Below, piece after piece: positions 57,001 through 64,000 of a stretch of 64,000 nt of DNA. Made by a program: the position numbers and the translations under genes. How positions within the stretch are numbered: position 1 is the stretch's first letter; the number at the start of each line of letters is the position of its first letter. The notes under the pieces were generated by a model that was not told the origin of the DNA, did no database searches, and was given only the letters and a program-made list of their open reading frames with translations. Source of the DNA: a virus; the IMG/VR virus record IMGVR_UViG_3300037483_000742, positions 28,013-92,012 of that record. One strand, written 5' to 3'.

Positions 57001-58651
57001 TATCTAAGTCTGAATAGTTTGCAACACCAGCTTCTGCAATAACACTGTCAGTATACACTTCCAGCATTGTTGTATATTCTTTAAGAAGTTTTAATTGCTT
57101 ATCAATTTCTTCTTTATAACCTTGCTCACCTAAAAGTTCTTTCAAGTTGGCAACATAAGCTTCTGAATTTTCAGTATCAAAAAACTGTTTGTATTTTGCC
57201 ATTGAAGGATCATTGATAACTTCAGGAAGTTTTCTAGGATCAATTATAATAGTATGTTTTCTGTGCCAGTTATCTCTGATAGAGTAAGCTTCTACAATAG
57301 CTTGCGCTCTTTGATCTGGATTATCTATCAATTGAGCTTCTTTGATTTTTTTGTTGAAATCATAAAGCATTCTTGATTTAGCTTCAGCAAATTCAGCAGT
57401 GTATCTTTGTGTTACACCATCTTGGAATTGATTGTCTTTATCTACAGCTCTGAAAATATCATAAGATACTCCTTTAAGTCCTGGAATATTAATTCCATAA
57501 CCCATTTTTTTGAGTTCATCTTCAACTTGTTTTTGAATTAATGCTACTCTTTCTTCAACAGATTTTGCATAAACTAGATTATCCTCAAAAGCATTTTGAA
57601 TAGTGTTCATCATTACTTGAGGTATGATTCCATTATGTGACATTATTCCATTTGTAATGTCCATAACAAACATATCTACCCAGGCTGCATCTCTTAAACC
57701 TTCTTCTTTAAAAAATAATTCTTCATGGGTAAATTCTTTCTCTCCATACAAAGCTTTTATTTTTCTGTTATTGTTTACAGCATCAGTGACAGCAATTTTT
57801 TCTTTCTGGTAGATTTTATTCTCAAAAGATTTTGCTCTCTCTTTTAAAGCTTCCAGTGATTTAATTACTTGAGGGTCTAAAACATTTACACCATCAGAAT
57901 TAAAAATATCTTCAAGCTCAAAAACAGGATGAGATTCCTTGACATCAAAAGTTCCTAAAGCATTGTAGAATCTGATAATCACTCTAGCTTCAGCTAAATC
58001 TTCTTCATTGGTTGATTCAGCTAATTTTTCTAATCTAGTCAAATCTCTTTCAGCATAAAAAGTCAATTTGTCAAGAGTATTAGCATTTTCCAATTCAGAA
58101 ATTTCTTCTCTTAGTCCTGTTAGTTTTAGCTCTTCAGAACCTTCAAGTCTATTCTTCAAATCATTTTCCATTTTTACCAGAATTTTAAGTCTGGTAGAAT
58201 CTGAAGCATATTTTTGTTTATCAGCTTTGATCTTATTTAATCTGCTTTCAATCCTGTATTTCAAATTCTTTTTGTAGAGAACATATTTTTCATAGTTTGG
58301 GATCAGAGAACTAGGAATAGCTTCATAATCTTCCATATAATCAATTGACTCTGCATTATCTTCTTCAATTATTCTTTGTTGTTCTTCAAAGATAACTTTG
58401 TCAATCATCTCAAACATTTTTTCATTTGGATGAACTCTGTAAATAGTTTCTCCTGTAAGATTTTCTTTTCTTTCAATAGTAAATAATTTTTCACCTGTGT
58501 TCACATTGTATGTATCATTTGCATACTTTGTGTAAACATTATTTAGTCTATCAAATTCATCAGAATTTCCTTTGGTGATAACTCTCTTATCATCTATGAT
58601 TCCTTTGTCTCTTAAATATTTGAGAGTATTGATTTTACTATCACATGCCAT
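54002..58651 (-). CDS. Giant virion/ejection (cargo) protein adjacent to the RNA polymerase
   Basis: 1549 aa, helical; C-terminal Gly-rich and hydrophobic segments; LLMFKRW motif; position typical of crAss-like cargo proteins. Confidence 0.7.
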   Translation of the reverse strand: MACDSKINTLKYLRDKGIIDDKRVITKGNSDEFDRLNNVYTKYANDTYNVNTGEKLFTIERKENLTGETIYRVHPNEKMFEMIDKVIFEEQQRIIEEDNAESIDYMEDYEAIPSSLIPNYEKYVLYKKNLKYRIESRLNKIKADKQKYASDSTRLKILVKMENDLKNRLEGSEELKLTGLREEISELENANTLDKLTFYAERDLTRLEKLAESTNEEDLAEARVIIRFYNALGTFDVKESHPVFELEDIFNSDGVNVLDPQVIKSLEALKERAKSFENKIYQKEKIAVTDAVNNNRKIKALYGEKEFTHEELFFKEEGLRDAAWVDMFVMDITNGIMSHNGIIPQVMMNTIQNAFEDNLVYAKSVEERVALIQKQVEDELKKMGYGINIPGLKGVSYDIFRAVDKDNQFQDGVTQRYTAEFAEAKSRMLYDFNKKIKEAQLIDNPDQRAQAIVEAYSIRDNWHRKHTIIIDPRKLPEVINDPSMAKYKQFFDTENSEAYVANLKELLGEQGYKEEIDKQLKLLKEYTTMLEVYTDSVIAEAGVANYSDLDKNHLDKILLWEKRNSPFEMVENFRKGTSIMKGNLKLHSTMQYNYAVPRKFKTHIALTPEGAKITDTQEPTGYYDERFKIIEANPVLKEFHNLLMEVNQKIFDTMPPEMRKKFSANSIPALQKSLIEILFDPNANLFQRIAKAAREIYDRIRALFGMNAQNNLSYASVDPITGMPEYKINSQFLQGNKENINERYQQELLRFKYANGMLATTPISKFDTFDLNKLTPEAIQVLVEALNVEPTISAIMKRLPSANAKEFELGKYLKNGITHQIVAENSLDLPKIMKLYSYLTMEYAARQEVLPFIEMTKRHYEEIKQPVGTNTGGVVTNALNKDTRLNGVRTNANKQMNSWFERVVLGNYASRDILTDPRVKRAMEVGATGIDKVDRLTKKFRPTLTGKILDSEEKVLKKKLEVLLGNINKELASSSDEDKTHILTIKSNVEAQLSKLGKDFSRVATMDAIFNFIRLKGLGWNVSSGVTNFMEGQIANFTIAASGDYFKPENIYAANTIIKESFLKNATFGKVVTPKARKAAALMEKYRILQDASNELQKASSKSAFSKVEAFAPYTLTKRIEYLNQTPLMIAKLMDIMITGKDGTQKSVWDAMQPDGNLSENFATEENKKNWEDANGADYQDFASTMKKMIVNAHGDYDALRGNMATESSLGKALLMFKRWMARQFYQRFASEKGQTDIEVGIKNYKGRYRSHTKSSGFLHGAIIGGTVLGPLGALGGGLAGAGIANFYGSRTELGFIQELAFNVKELGLTLLRMPVNSIMGKDLIKHNDYEKLKNGDVTDRDIRNMKANMVDLAVMLGFLAMLLFVKALLWDDEDEEGDTRRRMHNLLANRAMQLSGQSSMYINPVEAWKSTAGDFAGIKFAADVIKFAEETVGLITGNDTYTSGPYAGQSKWMKQFEKTFVPSVLKPGLGFSSQMDKQFEKSYYDKYFKGDEVLAEEEVKVFRSIYRDELKEQGVPEEELTKRVNDKYPPKKEDQTYLELLEQYSLVE

Positions 58652-58657
58652 AATTTT

Positions 58658-61600
58658 CTATTTACATTTGAAGGGGTCTTCAAAATTAGGATTATTATCT
58701 GGTTCTTCCAAATTATTTAGTTCTTCATCTGTAGGAAGAACTACATCACCAAAAGGAGTACTTAACAAATCTTCTGCTAATCTATCATTTGCTTCCATAG
58801 CTTCTATTTTAGACTTCTCTTTCATTTCAGCTTGTTTGTCTATCAATGTCAAAGCTACTTCAATTCCTTTAGCAGTAATTCCATTTTGATCATAATCAAA
58901 ACCAAATATCTTAATCATTATATCATTCACAATAGAAACAAATTTGTCATACAAAGACATATTAGTATCTTTAAACTTGACATTCTTCATTTCTTCCTGG
59001 AAATTAGGTTCTGTCATAACAAGTGTTATAAACTCTCTGACATTAGTTCCAGCATAAGCTACTGTTGTTTCTCTTTCAGTACTCTTCTCCTTAGTTTGTC
59101 CTGATAATTGTTTTGCTCTTTTTTGTTTGTAAGCTTCAATTTCTGGACCTAATTTTTCTTTTGTTTGATTAAACAATCTTACTAAATTGATAATTTCTTT
59201 AGGAGTATTTTCAGTAATATAATTTCCTTCATTATCTACATACTTGCTAACATAATCAGTAGTTAATCCATGAATCACTTCATGCAAAATTGTTTTAGCA
59301 AGTTCTTCATTAGAAGCTGTGTTGTAGTAAAAAGTATCAATATCTATTTTTCCTTTATTATGTCTTCCTTTAGCAATTCTATCACCTCTTTCATTAACTA
59401 AATCTGTAATAGATATTGTCAAGTCTCCATCAACATAACCTTTAATCGTTTCTGCAATTTGTTTTAATTGTGGATTCTCTTTGAAATCATATTTTGAAAT
59501 TCTCTCAATAACTTCTGTTACAGTTTCAGTTTCAATACCAAATATGTCAGCATTAGCTCTAGCTTCAGTACTGATACCTTTTGAAGGTAGAGGAGCTTTG
59601 AAATTATCATTCACAATAGAGTATACATTCTCATCTTTCAAAGAGTATTCTGACATTCCAAATATTCCTAAACTTGATATTCTTACATATCTATCTCCTA
59701 CTTTTTCGTAAACCTGGAATTTCTTCAATCCTTTTTTAACAACAGGATTATAGATGGCTACAAAATCAGAACCACCAATAGCATTTATTTGAGCTAAATC
59801 TAAACTATCTCTGTTTATTTCAAAACTGATCAAGTCTTTTACATTATTTGATTTATTAGCGTACTCTGCATTGATGATATTTTTAGTTGGATCAATTTTG
59901 CCAAGTCTTTGTGGATTGTGCTGAATATACTGTCTTGTAAATCTACTTGTACTATTGTCTTCTTTTATACCTAGTATGTTTCCAAAAATATTATTTGCAT
60001 AATCATTGTTCCATTTTCTTGAAGCTTCAGCAAAAGGAATTACATTCAAATAAGAGACAGGAATATATTTAGCAAACTGTACAGCTTCTTGAATACCTCC
60101 CTCTAAATAATTATAAGCAATCAACTCTTGAGCTAAATCTCTAGTAGTATATGGCTTTCCATTTTTATCAGGAAGGATTCTATTCTCTTCCAAAAGTTCA
60201 ATTAATGATATGTACAAATAATCTTCATCAAAGTTTTCTCCTTTAGTATTATCAAATTTGATAGTTGAAGGCAAACCATTTGTATTAATATCAAATTGGA
60301 ATCTTGATAAAAGTTTGTTACTCTTTAAGAAATCTAATTTCAAATCTTTTGAGTTCAATATTTCTCTAGTATAGTTAGCTAAAGATTTATTTTCTTTTGT
60401 ATCAATGAATAATTCTTTTCTTCTTACTTGTGGGTTTCCTTCAAATACTCCTAGTCTTTCAGAAGATACAACATATTTTTTAAGTTCTTTGAATATGTCT
60501 TGTTGCAGTTGTACTAATTTTTGTTCTGAAGTAGATTCACTAGAAATAGCTCCAAGAATTTGGTTTGTAGCAATTCTAATGTTTCTATCTCCATAAGGGA
60601 AATAACGTTTCCATAGATCATATCCAGTTTGAACTGAATGAACTAACATTGAACCTACAGGATTATTAGGTTTGATTAAATATATACCAACTCTAACAGC
60701 ACCTTCAGCTATTAAATTGTTGATCTGTGCTTCTGATAAATCTTCAATCAAGAAATATTCACCTACTAATGAATTTACTCCTTCAATAATATTTTCAGGT
60801 AAATTTTGAACAGCATTGTATTTGTCAATAGTCTCAAAGAAACTGATACCAAGACCATTTTTATTAATGTTCAATCTACTTTGTACAGCACTAATTGTAG
60901 TAGCATAATTTCTAATATCTAAGAAAGTATTCAACACTGCTTGCTGTATTGCAGGATTTGCATTGGTAAGATTAGAAAATAGATTTTGACCAGTAAGCAA
61001 TTTTTTGCTTTCATCCATATCAAATTCTCCTAAAACTTCATACTTAGCTATCAATTTAGCAATTACTTTGCTTTCAGCAGCTCCGTCATATTGAACAGTA
61101 TTAGATTTAGTTTTTCTGATCTCTTTGACAAATTCTTTGATTATTGGTTGTGATAATAAAAGATAAGGTATAGAAACTTCAGTACCATCATCTAAAACAT
61201 CTTTATCAAAGCCCAGGGCAGTCATTAATGAATCTACATTAATTGTAACTTCATTGACATTTAATCTACCCATAATTTGTTCTTTCTCATTATCAGTAGC
61301 TGTATTCTGTCTTTCTGAAAAAGCTTCTGCAATGTTTCTTTGATATTTTGCAGGAGCTAAAGAGAATTGTCTTCCTAATAGTCCTTTAGAAGTTTGATTA
61401 CCTATAACAAAAGTTTTAGCAATCTTTTCACCTTCTTCATTTAAGGTAGTTAATTGAATAGGTCTAGGAGCTTGTTGTACCATTGAATGAAACACAACAT
61501 AATTTGAATAAACTCCAATTCCTAATTTACCTGATGCTCCTAAGAACATTTTATTTTTTTGGAAGTTATCAGACAACATTGAGAAGTAAGTTGTATCTAC

Positions 61601-64000
61601 ATTTTCTTCAGTTGTTTTTTGCACTAACTCTGCTTGAGATTTTGCAAATTCCATTGATAGAACTTTGTTGATCTTCTTTTGAACTTCTCTATTTGGATTT
61701 GAAAGAACAGAACTATGTACTCTAACAAAACTATTCTCCATTAACTTTTGAGAAATCTTTTCATTGATAATATCTAGCTTACTTCCTTCTTCAATATCTT
61801 CTAAAATAAAATCAGGGTCTTCACCAAAGATAGCTTTAAGCAAATTACTTTCTGGACTATTATCATTCCAACTTTCTGTATTTTTAGCATCTGCGATCTT
61901 TAAAAGCTTTTGTCTATCTTCTTCGTTAATAGGTCTGATTTTTCCATCTTCTCCAATAAAAGTATTTAATTGATAAGTGTTTTCTTTATCAACGTCAAAA
62001 TCCAAACCTTTTTGTTTAGTTAAGTTTCTTGGTATGATCATTAAGTCACCAACTTCAGTAAGAAGTATTCCTACAATTTCTAATTGAGACATAGAAACGT
62101 GAGCAGAAGTAGGAATACGAAAAGAAGTTAGATTCAGTAATTCTGAATCTATCATGTCAGCTTTTAATTTCAGAGTTCCTGATTCAGTTTTTTCTACATA
62201 TAAAGGATTAGGTATACCTTTATCATCAATAAACTGAATTAATTTACCATTGTTATCTCTGAATTTTGAAGGCAACATTATTTGTGCTTTTTTCAAATTT
62301 CCATTTTCATAAAATTCAGCAGCTTTAAGTTCTCCTTCAAATTTATCTGTGAAAATTATTCTTGACTGATTTACTTTTGATAGATCAGCAGTCATTTTAA
62401 ATCCAGCTTCTGAACCTACAACAAAAGCATTTCCAGGTATTTTAAGATTCACTAATTTGTTAGATACAATTGCATTTAATAATGCTTCATATCTATTTGA
62501 ATTAGGAGACAACCATAATGGTATGCTGAATTGCAAATCTACAATTTTACCCTGGCTATCTAAAGTAGGAGATAATCTAAGAGCTTCAATGTCTTGTTTT
62601 GGATAACCTCTTTCAATAGCCTCTCTTTTCAGTAAGTCTTGAAGCTTTGTCATTGTAGTTTCAATATCAATTGGATAGCCATCTTTATCTACACCAATTT
62701 GATTGAATAAACTTTTTTTCTTGCTTACAATGTAATCATTGAAGTTATCATTGAATTTTTTATGAAGCTCTCTACCATTTAATGTTTTTCCTTCAAATTC
62801 AAATCCATTGATGTCTAACATTCCATCACCAAATAAAAGTTTCAAGGTTTGTGTACCAATTGAAATTTTATCTTCTTTTCTTTTATCTGATTTGAAAGGT
62901 ACATCTTGTTGTATTCTAAAATTATCTCTATCTAAAGTCAATGAAGCTGCTAGGATTTGTTCCATTCCTATTTTATCATTGAAAGTACCATCAGGATTAA
63001 AAGGAGCTATAGACTGAGTTACTGAGCCAACTTTGTTTGCAGTTTCATAAGATGCTCTAACATGTTTACCAGTTACCTTTTCAAAGTTCTCTAACATTCT
63101 TCTAACCTTATCCAATTCAGTACCTAATGTTACTTGAGGAATTAAAGGGAAAGCTGAAGACTTAACATAAACCATTCTCATGGTGTCATATCTATCTTCA
63201 TTTTTAAATCCAGTATGCACAGGTTTGAAAGGTTGTAATACAATTGCAAGTTCATTATAATTCAACATTGCAGATTCAGGAATCTTTTTTCCTTCTTGTT
63301 CTGTGTCTAATTGAACTTTGATTTTGTCAGAGATAGTTTTATACTGCTCTGAAGATAATCTTCCTTGTCCATAAAGAACATGAATATGTTCAGAAAGTGT
63401 AGTATATTCTTGTGCATCTGTTGCTTCAATATCAAAGTAATCTGCTATCTCTGGATATTTAACAGAAAGTTCTTTAGCTATACTCTGTCTTCCTGTAGAA
63501 GTTTTGTCAGCATTGTACTGCTTGATCTTTTTTCTTACATAACTAATATCTTCATTCTCATAAAATAATCCTACCAAAGTTTCAATGTTGGAAGAAATAT
63601 CAATATGATCATTGAAAAATACCTGAGTATATTTTTCTCCTTTGGAATTTGCAATTTTATTTCCTGGAGCAAGCATTAATGCCAGACGTTTACCAACATT
63701 GACACTGATTACTTCTTTAACAGCCTTTGCATAAGCTGTGTTTCCATATTCTTCTTTTGGTAAATACACTTTACCATCTTGAAAATATTTGCTGATTTTA
63801 TCTTGAGAATATAAAGCTATATCTCCTGCAATCATCATGTAGACATTTGCATTAGTCAGCATGTTGTTAATAACAAAATCATTGGCAGCTAATTTAACTT
63901 TTGTCAAAGTATCTCCTTGAAGTCTGTCTAAGTATTTTTGACTAAGGAACATTGTTTTAGTCAAACTTCCTTCTTTACCTTGTTCAAAGAATCCACTTTC
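58658..64000 (-). CDS. Virion-packaged single-chain RNA polymerase (phi14:2 gp66-like) with C-terminal zincin-like domain, 5'-truncated
   Basis: FRIPTSAH..S and QKGLDFDVDK (DxDxD catalytic loop); HEVIH...EF zincin motif; frame stays open to 64000. Confidence 0.88.
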   Translation of the reverse strand, partial: ESGFFEQGKEGSLTKTMFLSQKYLDRLQGDTLTKVKLAANDFVINNMLTNANVYMMIAGDIALYSQDKISKYFQDGKVYLPKEEYGNTAYAKAVKEVISVNVGKRLALMLAPGNKIANSKGEKYTQVFFNDHIDISSNIETLVGLFYENEDISYVRKKIKQYNADKTSTGRQSIAKELSVKYPEIADYFDIEATDAQEYTTLSEHIHVLYGQGRLSSEQYKTISDKIKVQLDTEQEGKKIPESAMLNYNELAIVLQPFKPVHTGFKNEDRYDTMRMVYVKSSAFPLIPQVTLGTELDKVRRMLENFEKVTGKHVRASYETANKVGSVTQSIAPFNPDGTFNDKIGMEQILAASLTLDRDNFRIQQDVPFKSDKRKEDKISIGTQTLKLLFGDGMLDINGFEFEGKTLNGRELHKKFNDNFNDYIVSKKKSLFNQIGVDKDGYPIDIETTMTKLQDLLKREAIERGYPKQDIEALRLSPTLDSQGKIVDLQFSIPLWLSPNSNRYEALLNAIVSNKLVNLKIPGNAFVVGSEAGFKMTADLSKVNQSRIIFTDKFEGELKAAEFYENGNLKKAQIMLPSKFRDNNGKLIQFIDDKGIPNPLYVEKTESGTLKLKADMIDSELLNLTSFRIPTSAHVSMSQLEIVGILLTEVGDLMIIPRNLTKQKGLDFDVDKENTYQLNTFIGEDGKIRPINEEDRQKLLKIADAKNTESWNDNSPESNLLKAIFGEDPDFILEDIEEGSKLDIINEKISQKLMENSFVRVHSSVLSNPNREVQKKINKVLSMEFAKSQAELVQKTTEENVDTTYFSMLSDNFQKNKMFLGASGKLGIGVYSNYVVFHSMVQQAPRPIQLTTLNEEGEKIAKTFVIGNQTSKGLLGRQFSLAPAKYQRNIAEAFSERQNTATDNEKEQIMGRLNVNEVTINVDSLMTALGFDKDVLDDGTEVSIPYLLLSQPIIKEFVKEIRKTKSNTVQYDGAAESKVIAKLIAKYEVLGEFDMDESKKLLTGQNLFSNLTNANPAIQQAVLNTFLDIRNYATTISAVQSRLNINKNGLGISFFETIDKYNAVQNLPENIIEGVNSLVGEYFLIEDLSEAQINNLIAEGAVRVGIYLIKPNNPVGSMLVHSVQTGYDLWKRYFPYGDRNIRIATNQILGAISSESTSEQKLVQLQQDIFKELKKYVVSSERLGVFEGNPQVRRKELFIDTKENKSLANYTREILNSKDLKLDFLKSNKLLSRFQFDINTNGLPSTIKFDNTKGENFDEDYLYISLIELLEENRILPDKNGKPYTTRDLAQELIAYNYLEGGIQEAVQFAKYIPVSYLNVIPFAEASRKWNNDYANNIFGNILGIKEDNSTSRFTRQYIQHNPQRLGKIDPTKNIINAEYANKSNNVKDLISFEINRDSLDLAQINAIGGSDFVAIYNPVVKKGLKKFQVYEKVGDRYVRISSLGIFGMSEYSLKDENVYSIVNDNFKAPLPSKGISTEARANADIFGIETETVTEVIERISKYDFKENPQLKQIAETIKGYVDGDLTISITDLVNERGDRIAKGRHNKGKIDIDTFYYNTASNEELAKTILHEVIHGLTTDYVSKYVDNEGNYITENTPKEIINLVRLFNQTKEKLGPEIEAYKQKRAKQLSGQTKEKSTERETTVAYAGTNVREFITLVMTEPNFQEEMKNVKFKDTNMSLYDKFVSIVNDIMIKIFGFDYDQNGITAKGIEVALTLIDKQAEMKEKSKIEAMEANDRLAEDLLSTPFGDVVLPTDEELNNLEEPDNNPNFEDPFKCK

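Noticed and set aside
59250-59300. HEVIH zincin motif fused to the RNA polymerase as a novelty
   Set aside because: Zincin-like domains in the giant RNAP-region proteins are an already described trait of crAss-like phages.
1209-63568. Short opposite-strand or nested ORFs in the track (e.g. 1209-1538, 2386-2625, 15617-15811, 18425-18721, 24028-24366, 28230-28595, 54393-54665 and others inside the giant genes)
   Set aside because: They are shadows of longer, motif-bearing genes or of a tRNA and have Phe/Ser/Leu-rich antisense composition.

Overview
A 64 kb AT-rich segment of a crAss-like (Crassvirales-type) bacteriophage genome, most likely infecting a Bacteroidota host (TAnnTTTG promoters, AATT-ATG start contexts without Shine-Dalgarno). 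It uses the standard genetic code. Layout: (1) 1-13093, minus strand: capsid/packaging block (MCP, scaffold-like protein, portal, TerL, IHF-like protein, probable lysin). (2) About 13100-15000: divergent control region with a promoter-to-terminator small RNA and four direct copies of an AAWACCCCCWC...TTWAG motif, candidate virion-RNAP promoters. (3) 15000-30200, plus strand: accessory region with many small ORFs, three tRNAs (Arg-TCT, Asn-GTT, Gln-TTG) and at least six structured intergenic RNAs. (4) 30200-54000, plus strand: replication and nucleotide metabolism (Dda-like, SF2, DnaB and UvrD helicases, PolA, primase, nucleases, dNMP kinase, HD hydrolase, MazG, ThyX, GroES-like protein). (5) 54000-64000, minus strand: giant virion proteins, including the DFDVD-motif RNA polymerase, truncated by the window. 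The strongest candidate for an undescribed system is an apparently complete phage-encoded ubiquitin-like conjugation operon (Ubl precursor, E2-like, JAB/MPN protease, E1/ThiF) at 40936-44796. Other notable items are a segment-permuted AAA ATPase (Walker B before Walker A), a pseudoknotted ncRNA and an orphan QueD-like gene. All family calls come from motif recognition by eye; no searches were run.
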